A DNA stretch of 63,678 nucleotides, the filler included. It is 11 parts of 11 records of this genome, joined end to end, with 100 filler letters (N's around TTAATTAATTAA, not from the genome) between each part and the next. Parts side by side here need not be neighbours in the genome. Positions count along the whole stretch, not along the records: positions 47,268 to 51,750 come from SRR15195285_1676; positions 51,851 to 58,378 come from SRR15195285_1680; positions 58,479 to 63,678 come from SRR15195285_1682; 8 more parts are not named here. The stretch is one strand, 5' to 3'. Of this stretch, positions 49,169-61,700 are shown in pieces. The first letter of the stretch is position 1; each line of letters begins with the position of its first letter. Position numbers and translations under genes: made by a program. The notes below the pieces were generated by a model that worked only from the letters and a program-made list of their open reading frames with translations, was not told where the DNA came from and ran no database searches.

Positions 49169-51656
49169 CTAGATAGCAACATCAACGCTACCCGCTGCGG
49201 AGATTGACGCACTCTTGACGTGTACAATGCCTTTGGCGTCGATGCAAGGCAGGTCAATGCTGTCTCCGGAGGTACCTTTGACTGAAACAGTCAGCCCGCA
49301 CGGGCCAGACCCCTTGACCAGCACCGAGTCGAACCGCTGAGGCGAGACATGAACAAACTTGTCAAGCTCACCCAGGAAGTAGGCTCCGTTGCTTGCGGGC
49401 TCGTACACCGAAATATACACGAAGTCGCTAATGTTGCCGCCAGCGGGAGGAAGAGAAGGCATCTGCCCAGCAGCAAGCATCTCCACGCAGTGCAGTGCTG
49501 GCTTGCCATCCTCGCAACCGTCAGACTGCTTCCCGTGCGTGTAGTGCTCGCGCACCGCAAGCTTTGTGTCGGCCTTGGGTGCAGGGTACAGGTCAGTTGC
49601 CTGCAGGGTTACGTCCTCCGTAGTCATCCATGCCCTGCAATGCGCGATCGGTTAGTCCACCAGGCACAGGTGCGTTGCCGTTTGGCCAGGGGGAGAAATA
49701 AACGCACAGAACGTAATGCGAGTTCGGACCGCCGCCTGGCAGAGCCGCATGCGTCGCGCGGACGTCTGGTGCAGTTGCCGCGTCACAGCTTCCAAACTCG
49801 ATATCGCAGCTGTAAAGCGACACATCATGCGCCCCTCCCAAGCTCTTATTGGTGAACACCGCATCGACAGTCGACAGAGGGCGCGATGGCCGCAGCAGCG
49901 TGGAGTCGGTTTTAGACATGAATGCCTGCGATATGAGACCAGCATCAGTGAGGCCAAGGCCATCTGAGATACCAACCGGGCCGAGAGACAGCGTGGCCAG
50001 AATTGAGTCGAGGTCGACGTGAGGTTGCGTTGTGTAACCGCTATGGGTGCGGTCAGAGCTTGTGGAAGGCTGCGGTGACGCAGTCCACAGCGTGTCCTTT
50101 GAGGGAGCCATTTTGGTAGCACCCATGAGCAGCGATGCCCCGCCGAGCGTAACCACGTTAGCCCATGGTTGTGTGTTCCCTTCTGGCCGTGCGTAATCGC
50201 CGGAGGCTCGTGCTTGGACAACAGAGGGGAGCGAGAGCGACTCCAGCATGTCAGTCGCGGACGGGAGACAGTACTGAATCGTCACGTTGCGCTCTTCGGC
50301 GGCCTTGGCCATGCCATTATACCACAGGTCTGCTGCATTGACATCAAGGAAGCAGTCTGCACAGCCAGCAAAGTTGGCATCCAGAAAATCAATCTCGTAG
50401 GTGTTGAAGCGTCCGTTAGTCATCGATTTGCCAAGGTCGAAAAATTGCGAGAAGAACTTGTAGGAGTCCGTCGGAACCACAAGCTTCGTGCCCTTGAACT
50501 GTGTCGAGTTGAACGTCCCATACTTGGACCACTCTGGCGAGCTCCAGAAGTTATCCCACCAAAACGGAGTATACAACTGCAGCGGTAGGTCCAGCTTGTC
50601 AGAGAACGCCGGTAGGCCATTCGGAAACAGGCCGCTGGAGTTGGACGCGTGCCAATCCGTCACAGCCTTCACATTTCCGAAGAAGAACTGCCCTTGATAC
50701 CACCAGTCGTCTAGCTGCATGTAGGCGACCGGTACTCCCATCTCGTACAGGGCCTCCTTCACCTTGATCAGGCCAACCTCCGCGGGCCAGGGGCGCATAG
50801 GAATCCAGGGAGACAGCTCCGGATCGTGCGGCGGGTGCGTACCACCGCCACCCCACACGTAGTAGTACGCGCCATCGTCTGTGTAATAGCCGATGTCAGT
50901 CAACGTAACGCTCGGCAAGCGCGTCGTGTCGTGGTAAGCCTGGATGACATCTCCCCAGCTGTATACACCAGCTGTCGCGCCGCCAGGGGCCACCGTGAAC
51001 AACACAGAGTGGTTGAAGCCGGCAGGGATCGATGGTATGGCTGCCGCGAGCCCCATCGACCACGAGTTGTTTTGAGTCTTCTGGGGGAAAATTTTGTGGT
51101 GAGTGAGCGTGGACACAACAAGTGTGTTACCGGTCGCCGGGTCTGTTGAGACGACCGGTCCGCAGTCCAGGCCGCTCGCGCCGAGATTGCCTAAGCCTTT
51201 CGCCGCGGCAGTCGTGGCGATCACCCCTCCCCTCCACGAAAGCGTGTGCAGATTGGCTGCCTCGGCGGCGGTGGTCGAGAACTCCGGAAAGTGCGTCGAG
51301 AGCTGTGCGTTACTGCCGCAGCCAGAGGTGTCGATGGTCTTCGCGAACGTGGCTGTGCCGACAACAGTGCCAGGCTTGGAAGCGTAGCTCTGGAAGGTGT
51401 AGTCAACGGTGGCATCCCCGCCGGAGTACGAGGCCGTGGTCCCCGTCCATTCGCCGAATTTGTCACTGCCGCTGCTGGCCTTTGTGCCAGTGAGCTTGAG
51501 CTCCGTCTGCTTGCCTTCGACGCAAACCGTCGGCGCGCCGGGCGAGGAGTACCAGGCCTTGCCATCGACCGAAACCGTGTACACACCAGTGGCCTTGTCT
51601 ACTTCGGCAGACACTGTCGGCGGCTCAGCCCCAGCGGCGGCGGGCGAGATGAGTAC
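49169..51656 (-). CDS. Uncharacterised clan GH-D-like glycoside hydrolase, paralog B; intron 49635-49707; 5' exon lost at contig end
   Basis: Motifs GYYTDDGAYYY, YMQLDDWWY, FPNGL, YEIDFL, IQYCLP, QARASGDY, KDTLWT, LSLGPVGISD, LLRPSRP and FLGELDKFVHVSPQRF. Confidence 0.78.
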
Positions 51657-51850
51657 CTGCTCCGAGCGACCAATCAGTCTCTTGACATACACAGCGTTGT
51701 CAGAGAGACATATGCACATGCAGACAGGCAGACAGACAGGCAGACAGGCANNNNNNNNNNNNNNNNNNNNNNNNNNNNNNNNNNNNNNNNNNNNTTAATT
51801 AATTAANNNNNNNNNNNNNNNNNNNNNNNNNNNNNNNNNNNNNNNNNNNN

Positions 51851-54800
51851 CGCGGCGAAGGAGAAGGCGGAGGAGCTGGAGCAGCGCGCCAAGGCCAAGG
51901 CAGCGGAGACGCGTGATGAGGTCAAGCATGCTGTGACCGAGAAGACGGACGCCGTCGCCGCCGCCGCGTCGGCCAAGAAGGAGGAGCTGAAGGAGGGGGC
52001 CGCTGCGGCCAGCGCCGCGGCTGCCGCCAAGGCCGCTGCCGCCAAGGACGCCATCAAGGAAGAGGCGCTGGATTCGTCAGAGATCGAGCCGACAGTCGTG
52101 CGGCGCAACGTACTGCTGACAGTGCACGACGGTGATGTCGACCTCGCGCTGGGTGCAGTCGGGAAGCAGTACCTGCTGACGGGTAAGCTGTCAAAGGCAG
52201 CTGCAGCGTCTGTGCCGCTGGTAGGCCTTGCGTACTCAACCATCGGTCCTCTGTGGGACAAGATGCGAGACACCTGTGTGATCGCAGCCATCTATGGCCA
52301 CGACATTGAAACCGACGAGGTGCAGGGACGCATCTTCCAGTGCGTCGGTGAGATGATGTTCGAGAAGGACGAGAGCGGTGGCGGGACTTCGGCGATCGTC
52401 AAGTCTGTCGGCAAAAAGATCACGGCGCGCATCTCGCAGCGGTCGGCGTCCTCGGCGGCGATCAACTCAACGCCATTTCTCGGTGCCGCGGTTAACATCG
52501 TCATCCAGAAGACAATTGCCACTGAGCTCAGGGAGGTGCAGTCGACGGCCATGGTTACATTCAAGGATGGAGGGCGCGTGATTCCGAAGGATGAATACCT
52601 AGTCGAGGACAGCGAGGCGCTGCAAGCAGGCAAGCTGCGCTACATTTCAGACAAACTAAACGGGCTGGAAGATTTCACGGACGAGAAGACAAGCAGCGCC
52701 AAAGAGGCTCTTGATGCCAAGTATAACGTCAGCGCGCGCGCAGAGAAGGCGAGGAAGAAGGCGTTCGACAAACTGAGCTTAATGGACAACCGTTTTAAGG
52801 TAACTGAAAGGGTCAATCAAGCAAAGGGTGTCGCCACGGACAAGGTCGACGAGATGCAGATGAAGGCGCGCACTAAGGCGGCTGACAAAGCAAACGAAGT
52901 CGTCAATGGGAAGCTTGATATGGTGACGATGGTGGTCGTGGAAGGGCTGGACAATTCGCTTGATTTGCCGGGCTTTCTAGCGGTACCACTCGAAACCATG
53001 GTTCGCGAAACTGTCGAGGACATCAAGCACGAAACCACGGCGGGAATCGAAAGTCTCCTCGTCAAAGAAGAGGAGTGGGAGCCAACCATCAAAGTGGAGG
53101 ACCTCAGCTGCCTTGGCCGCATGCGCGGGTGGATCCTGTATCACTGGTGCCCTTACGACCACGCGATCGGTTATCAGATGGTCGACCCGGTCTACATCAC
53201 GATCAAGCTCCTCGCGCTGATCCCCTTTTTCGGGACGCAGGCACTTATTTACGGCTTCCTGTTCATGCTGCACGATAAGAGAGACGATTACCAGATGGTA
53301 AAGTTCATTCTCGATTTTAAAGGAATGCAGGCTATCACCCTTGGCATCGCCGGGACGCTGATTGGAGGATACCGATACGCCTACTGTGCCAACCACCACC
53401 CCCCAGATTGCCAAATCAAAGGGCCAGGCGCTGGACGATTTTTTTACACTAGCTTGCTCGGCTGGCTTGGATGCGCTGCACTAGTCTGGGCTGCATTTGC
53501 CATGCTCACGTGTAAGAAGTGCCGCAAAGGAGGCGATAGGTTCAGTGGCGGTGGACGGCTTTCGCACTGGATCGCATATGACATTCTTTGCATGGCTGTG
53601 GCGGTGGGAACAGTGATGTACGCGGTCAACACTGCAGACCTGCTCGAGGGCACAAGTCTGGGTGCTGAAGACCTAGCCATGGCAGTGAATCGAAAACAGA
53701 CCCCTGACGGCTCGGACTATCGGTTCCGTCAGTTTGCATACTGGTCGAAGGTATTGTACGGTCTTCTGTCGCTGCCGTTCATCATCTTTATGGTTCCAGC
53801 CATTGACGTGATGTTCACTCACGCAAGCCCCACAGGCTATACCTTGGCTGGAGAGGTGGCCCCGAAGAGAGTACAGAAGTCAGAGAAGGAAACTCATGAA
53901 GAGGTGGCTGAGACGATTGAGGACACCGCGATCGAGGATCTGCTGAAGGAAATGTTGCAGCTGGCCATCCATGGGGGGCGGCTGCCGATTGAAGACTGGT
54001 CTGCAAAGCTAGCCCCGACGATGAAAGGTATCACGGACTCTTTGTCAAACTCAAAAGAGCACATCAAGAGTAAAGCGGAGGAAGCTCGGGCCAATAGTGA
54101 AGGCAGTACACTTGGCATGATCACAGGGGCTGCTTCCGGCCTGAAGGATGAGGCTCAGGACAAAGCGATAGACCAGATCAAGGTGACTGTAGCATCGCTC
54201 ACACATCTCCTTACAAAACAGATTATCTACAATCTCAACGTATCTCTCGAGCTGCCGACTTTTGTCGCCAACTCTGTCGAGAAGTTTCTCGTGTCAATAG
54301 TGCCGGACATCCAGGTGGAGCTTAACGAAGGAATCGACGAGTACTTTGACCGGAAGCTGCAAGATGAGCCTATAGCGGAAGACGAGGCGCCTACCGGCTG
54401 CTGTGGCAAGATTCGAGCCTACATGCTGTATCATTATCTACCGTACGACCACGGCCTTGGCTGGCTGTTCGCCGATCCGTTGTGGCTCACGCTAAAGTTT
54501 CTCAGCATCATACCACTGCTAGGCAGCGAGTTCGTGGTTTACTTCTTTTACTTCTTCATGATCGAGAAGACGGACGAGTACCAGCTGACACGATACATTT
54601 TAGATCTAAAAGGCCTTGCTGTACTTAGCATGGGGATCGCACACGCAGCGTTCGGTGCCGGAGGCTACTTTCACTGCATAAATACTTACTATGAACCAGA
54701 CGAGCTCACGTATATATACACAGGCTTTCACCTGAATGGTACCCAGTCAGTGCTAACGAGGGAAACAAACGGGACCCTGGCGAACACTACATGTACGAGA

Positions 54801-55707
54801 GGCTGTTCGGAAAGTTGTTCAACCACTGAAAATGATCGGCTGCACGTCCCCGAGTTCGCAAACTCGCCGAATTGTACAGAACAGCTGACTTGCCTGAAAT
54901 GCTCTACGACGGGAGACGGCCTTGAGTGGAAGCTTACAGACGTTCTCGAGCCAGGAGATGACTGTGCGACAAGCGCCGCTGCTACATATGTATTGTTCTA
55001 CTGGGTGATCGCGGCGTGGGTGGGCACTTGTCTTCTTGTCTGGGCGGCATTTGCTATGCTGATCGTCAAGAAGCAGAATGACCTCAAGGCTGTTGAGGAG
55101 GGCGGGCAATTGCAGGGAAAGAAAGAACGCAAAACAATCGAAGATGCAAAGCTGCACCGTGCATACGGGCAGCTGTCGCGGGTAAAGACGCTTTTTGCGT
55201 ATGACTTCGGCTGCATGATTGTGATCATTTCTGTGGGAACGCTGTTCTACGTTCTGGACAACCTAAGCGACTGGGAGATCCGGCAGCTCCTTTACTGGTC
55301 GAAATGCACTTATGGGCTACTGTCGCTGCCATGTAAGTACAATATGACTTTACTCGGCTGACGTGCATCTAGGACCTAATCTCTTCAGGTTAGGTCAAGC
55401 AGCTGCCCTCTTCCCATTTGGGTTTTTATAGCTCGCTTGCAACGCAAGCACCGCGAGCAATGACATCGAACTGACACCGACTGTGTCTGCTACGCGTGTG
55501 TGGCTGCCCGTTGCGCCCGCAGATCTTTTCTACTCATTACCCTTGATGCATCTGTTGTTTCAATCCGCGCCAGCCAGCGGATACACGTCAACCGGCAAAT
55601 GCGTCCGCATGAAGAAGAAGCTCAAGCCAGAAGAGGAGGGTGTATCAGAGCAAGACGGCGTGCTGGTGTCAGACGAAACTGTCAATCCGATGAGGGAGCT
55701 AGAATGA
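51851..55707 (+). CDS. Multi-pass membrane protein with an EcsC-like N-terminal region and two internally duplicated TM domains; 5' truncated; intron 55333-55522
   Basis: Two copies of R.(W/Y).LYH..PYDH..G....DP....KL...IP..G....(D/E)K.D(D/E)YQ...(F/Y)ILD.KG....YWSK..YGLLSLP....GYT..G. Splicing GTAAGT...CCGCAG completes copy 2. Confidence 0.8.
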
Positions 55708-55802
55708 ATGGTGATGGAATTGAATGAGAGGAGGGGGCGGTAGCTTGTATTGCAGCCTCTTGTGAGACGCCCATCCAACAGCTAGAGCTCCAGCGAGTTG
55801 CT

Positions 55803-58154
55803 TCAGACTGGCGAACTATCCTCATCGACCTCCGTCTCTCCAAAATGAGGCTCTTCTGCTGATTTGCTGGGGCCCGGTTCCTTCTTATCCGCCGAAAGGA
55901 TTCCTACCGACGTCACAGCGAGCCCATCTTAGTTTGTGGAGTCAGTGTAAGTAAGGAATCACTTTGGGCGGCACACCTTCTTCCGGATTCAGAGCATGCA
56001 GTGCAGCAATTGACTCTTGGGTAACAAGCAGCACGTGTGTGTCGCCGCAGCTCCGATTCCTGTCGGCCACCACAACCAGCTCGCCTGCTTCCGCGTCCTC
56101 GTTTCCCAGCAATGGCGCAATATCTCTGTAATCTGAGAGCTTGCCGTATGTCCCCTGCAAAAACATAAGAAGGCCATGAGTTGAGTCGGGTAATTTTCCT
56201 GGACGATGCTCCACAAATGCACATTCATCCATCTGATCGAGTTTTGTTCTGGGAGCTGCAGACAGGCGGGAAGGTTGGACAGGCAGCACACCGCGTGCTT
56301 CTTGATCTGCTCCACCGTCACCCGGCTCCATGGAGCTGCATGATCCACCAGCTGGTAGTCGCTCTGCGAGCAGTAGAACGAGAACCCACCCGCCTCCCGC
56401 AACGCCTCCGTGCCAGCAAATGGCAGCTTCAACATAGCTTCCTGTTTCGCAGTGTTCGCATCCACAGTCACTGTCAACCGTGCACGTGTCGCCTGCAACG
56501 ACTTCCGTAGCGCGTCCATGTGAGCAGCGACCTCCGCGCTCTTCCGCGCATCCTCAGCACGACGAGCTTCCCTCTTTGCCTCCTTTGCGGCTTCCTCGTC
56601 ACGTCTAGTCACCGCACGATCGCGGGTGGCAGTGATCAGTGCACGATCAGTAGAGCCCGCCAAACCCTCGGGTAGCAGCTCAAGAGCCTGGTTGAGATGC
56701 TCCACCGCATCAGCATATCGCCCAGAATACATAGCTTTCTCGCCCTCGCGCTTTGCTTCCCTCTGGGCGATCTTACGTGCTTCATCTGCCGCCATCTCTG
56801 CCTGCAGCTGTTTCTCAAGGCGCTCACGCTCTTCATTGCGAAGCTTGGTGACATGTCGATCTACCGCGTTGAACGATTTCATCAGCGGGCGGAGCTCGTT
56901 CCAGCCGAGATCAGAGAGCCGGTGGCTCTCTTTCTTGACCGTTTCCATGTCCTGCCCGTCCAGTAGAGCGTCCACCTGAGCCTGTGCTGACACAAACAGC
57001 TTCTCGCGAAGCTGCTTCAATTCCTGGAACTGCTCAAGACTTTTGCTATGGCGCTTGCACTGCTTGTACAGTTTATCAATCGCCACTAGCTCAGATACCT
57101 GCTTCTTGTCCGACTGCAGCGCCGCCTCCAGCCGCACCGCCATCGCGTCCACAACAATACTTGTCGCGCGCGCTGCTGGCAGGTCGTTGTCACCACGCTC
57201 GCGGCCTAGGGAAATCAGTGCCTCAGAAAGCGCCGCGACCATCGTTGAGTGGTACTTAGCAACACCGCTGGCCTCCGCCTCTCCCACCTCGAGTACCAAT
57301 GCAGCGTGAAGCTCTTCCAGCGACAGGCTGCCAAGATGCTGCTGTGCTCTCATGAACGCCATGCCACCATCGCATTTCCGCGGGTCTGCCTGTGCAGCTT
57401 TGGCCTTTTGCACTGGCGCCTTCGACCCGCGACCCCCGTCCGCACTTTCCACCTTCGGCTGGGTCTGCGCTCCTTCGCGCGCCTCCGCTAGTGCCTTCTT
57501 AGCCTTAGCGTCGTTCGGCTTCAGCGCCAGCAGCTTTTCCAGGTCGGCGACCGCCGCGTGGTAGTCTCGCTTGCCAATGCGGGCCTGCCCGCGCCGAAAC
57601 AGGGCCTTTACGTTGTCGGGCTCGGTGAAGAGCACGTCTGTCGCGTCTCCTTCCGCCGCGGAAAAGTTGCGTAGCTGAATCTGTGCCACTGCACGGTTGT
57701 TGTGCAGAGCAATTCGCAGCTCCTCGCGCTCCTTGAGCAGGAACGAGCTGCGGCCGTAGCCGTCGACACTGCGCAACGCATTGCCCCAGGAGCTCACTGC
57801 CTCTGCATACTGCTTCTTCTTAAACGCGGCAGCTCCCTCGTCTTTCAGGCAGGCGGCCTCGTCGTAGCCCGCCTGCAGCTTAGCGTGCTGCCTCTTCTCG
57901 ATCGCCGCAGCCTCCATCGCCTTCGCAACCGGATCTGGCGCCGCCGGCTCCTGGTTGCGTGCCCTCAGCTCTTCCTCCTCCTCCTCGAACGAGTTCACGT
58001 GGTCCCGCCAGTCAGCCTTGCGCCCATGCGAGTACTGCCCCATGCTCGGGTCCGCCTGCTGCTGCGCCAGGGCCTGGTTGCACGAGGCCCAGGCGTCGGA
58101 GTTGCTCTGGTTCAGACTCGCCATCGCGGACATCCCGCTCCCACCGCTCATCAT
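55803..58154 (-). CDS. TPR-repeat and coiled-coil protein; introns 56233-56291 and 55904-55976
   Basis: LKDEGAAAFKKKQYAEA, LHNNRAVA, PDNVKALFRRGQA and DLEKLLALKPND (co-chaperone-type TPR), plus a second TPR-like helix pair. Spliced tail ends DEDSSPV*. Confidence 0.82.
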
Positions 58155-58347
58155 CCTGCAAGCCAGAGTGAATACACACTGGTGGTGATCCCCTCTGAGG
58201 GAGCCGTAGCTGGCGCCCTCCCCAGCAGCAACGGCACAGCTCTCTCAGCTGCTGCTTGTGGCTGTGGCTGCTGCGGCTGCTGCTACTCCAGCTGTTCTGG
58301 CGCCTATCTCGCGCTGTGGCTGCGGCTGCGGCCTGGTGGCTGTGGCC

Positions 58348-58378
<31 letters not shown>

Positions 58379-58729
58379 NNNNNNNNNNNNNNNNNNNNNN
58401 NNNNNNNNNNNNNNNNNNNNNNTTAATTAATTAANNNNNNNNNNNNNNNNNNNNNNNNNNNNNNNNNNNNNNNNNNNNCGGGCATAAGGCCCTTATGCCC
58501 GTTGTCACAACCTGTGGGCTGCCAAACACGGTCGCATGCCTCGCGTCGGCAAAAGGACAAGTTACAAGACTCAAAGACAGCGTGCGCAATGGCCACTAGC
58601 TGCTGTACTTGTGTAGTGTCTGAATTGTGATATGGATATATATGTGGCAAGAAACAAAATTGTAGGTCGACTCGGGCGCTTCGTGTGGATGGATGATTGC
58701 GTGTACGCCCATTCGCGTGGCACTACATT

Positions 58730-61700
58730 TCAAGGCGACGCGTAGCGCTGCGCGGAACTTGGTAAAGGCTGCAACCGGGCCCCAGGCGGCAACGGGTGCA
58801 CTTTGTTACCCTGCAACGGACAAACAGGTACGAGCGAATAAGTCATTAGTGGCCACAAAACACCCCTGCCACTATCTAACTACTGACGACTACAATCATG
58901 CAATCGACCGCGTGATTGTGCATGCGTGCTGACGTGGAGCAAACGCATATCAGTCGCCGAGCAATATTCGGCCAAACGCACCGCCCCAGGGCTCGTCGTG
59001 AACGCCACTGCCGCGACGTCTGTGTCTGCACCGAAGCCAACACGCTTTTCCCCTGGGTTGGCTGGCTTCGCTTGCATCCTCTCATTGAACTGTGCGAGCG
59101 ACGCACGACGTTGTCGCTGCGCCTTTGCGGAACCCTTCGGCTTGTAGTCAGTCTTCCTCCGCACACCGAACTGCTTGCGGTTGTATGACACCGCGCTAAG
59201 GGCTTGCCCTGTTTTTGTCTGGCGCGCTCTAGCCTTGGCTGCCTACGCGTATTGCCATTCGTCCGTGAGCAAGTGTCAGGTTACATCAACATTTGCACAC
59301 TGGCTGATGAATGGGCTAGCAATTTCATCCATAACTGCCTGTCAGCTGTATTTTTTCGCACCTTAAAGCTTTGGTTTGCGACCCGCAAGGGCTTGGGGCT
59401 CGCAACCTTGCGTGTCTTTTCTCTTGCTTTCCTGAAAGAACTCGCGGCTACGGCACCAACCCCTGTCCAGTTTGTGAACCATTAATCATCAACCAGCCCA
59501 AGCAATACCAGTACGGTACAGTAGCAAGAAGCAAATCAACTCAAGCGAACGCTGACGCGAAACACAATCGCAGGCGTGAGATGTAGAGTAGACGAAAAGT
59601 TTTTGAAGGTTCTTTACGCGTTTTTGCAAGCCGATTCTGAAACTCTGCGTTGTTGGAACGTGACTTCGAGTGTTTCATACTCGACCGTCGCTTCTTGACA
59701 GTCTCATCGAATTGCCGTCTGGCGAGGCACACATGATAGGGAGTGATGAGAGCGGCGCTATATAGCGATCAAAGGCGAACGAGCTGGGTCACCACACGAC
59801 CCATTGTTGCTGCCAAGCTCAGACGTTGACATTGGGATGCTTACATGGACTCAGCCTTAAGCTTAAAAGACCCTGCAAGAGGCGCGTATTCATCATGGTA
59901 ATGCTTCAAGATCTCTGGATCATTCGCCCTAAAGATCGAATGCATACACAGCTCCCCGGAGGTGAAGATGAAGTGTAGCAAAACTGTGGCTTCGATTGCG
60001 ATCGCCATTCCAATACTTGAGCTCGCAGCCGTGGCCGAGGTGCCATCTATCTGCTGCACGGATAGGATCTCTGTGGGAGAAACTCCTTGAACAACAAAGA
60101 GCTGGACGATTACGATGACGAGCCCAGCCACACACCCAAGGGCGTGCGCGGTACAGTCGGGCAACTCATCTTTCAGAGGCCGAAGCTGTGTTGCCAGGAC
60201 AAGCGTGTAAACAATGCAAAGCACTGCTGAAATGCCAGCAATCCAGTACCTGGCCACCCATCATAAAGATGCGCATCTTTACAATTCAAGCACGCATTAA
60301 TCACACGGTGGCGCGTGGGGCACTGTCCAAACGCACTTTTCCAAAAAGGAAGCAAGGATCCATGGCACGAGTCCAAACGCCAGCAGAATAGGAAAGACCA
60401 TCGGCACCTGCTCAACCAGGATATTGTCTGAGCTATTGTGTTTCTCTACGATGCAAACTACACAGAAGTAGTCGCGCACCGTGTGGAAAATGTGAATTTT
60501 GACCATAGTGCGCAGGTAAGCGATTGACGCGGATAGCCATAGCCCAGAGCCGTAGACCAACGGGAGCCATAGCTTGAAGAAGGATGGCCTGGACGCGTCA
60601 TAACCCGTCAGTTCGCCCCATATCATGGACACAGCGGAATAGACCCAGATGATGCCGCCAACATACGAGCAAATCAAAGACACCGGCCCTCTGGCTTGAA
60701 TCGGTAACCAGCTGTGCTTGACCACGACAACCAGCAGTCCTATTGCGAGCACCGCAGCTACCACAACCGCTGAGATCAGCGCGGGAGTGCCGAGGCTGTG
60801 GTTGGCTGTGCCACAGTACTCTCCAGTCCATCCCTCCATACATCCTTCACAGTACGCTACACCGGAAGGAGCATCCTTCACGCACCATCCGCCGTGATCG
60901 CAGTCCTGTTCACATGTGGAGGTTTCGCACGTCTCACCCTCGTAGCCACGGTACTTGTCTACAAGCGCCGAGCCACGTTCCACTACCTTCTCCACGCCCG
61001 CCACCGTGTATAAATCGCCTTCACGCACGGGGGTGGCACACGTACAAAGCTTATTGCCACCGTGGAGCTCGCACAGTCCATTATTCTGGCAATAGCTTTG
61101 GGGAACGCCAGCCGCATCCAGTTCGGCGAGGCACACAAGCACTGTCTCGACGAGTTTGTACCGCACTTCTGCCTCTGGCCCGGTACCAATCACCTCGATG
61201 CAGCAGACTTCTGCAGGCGAGTGGCCAATCGTTGCAGCTACAGTTTCTATCGATGGCGGCTGGGAGTCAGAGTTGACCACGTCGCGCTGTGGGAGAACGC
61301 CACCAGGCCGTTGAACCTCGCGCCGCACAACGTCTTCCGGCAGCGGCTCCAACTGGCAGGTCGGATCGCAGCCATCATTTGCAATGTTGTTGCCGTCGTC
61401 GCACTGCTCAACAGGATTGTCGGGCCTCGAACAGCTGCACCTGCCATTTAGCATATCGCATGGCACTCCAGTGCAAGTAGCTACCGTTGTGACCACGCCA
61501 TCGCCGCATTTCGTGTGGGTGCACTGCTGTGGACCTTCCGTTCCGTGCCAGCCTGCTGGACAGGCACACGTATTAGGACCACCGCACCGACCAACGTTGA
61601 AGGGTTCGTCGTTGTTGCAGCCGCGCGAAACAATTGAATCGCACGCAGGATCGTTGCAGATCGGACCGCCCCAGCCAAATGCATGGTTAAGGTGATCCAC

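Noticed and set aside
58880-59732. Short basic ORFs that first looked like a degenerate transposon
   Set aside because: They splice in frame as the cytoplasmic tail of the 7TM gene, and no transposase or reverse transcriptase motifs are visible.
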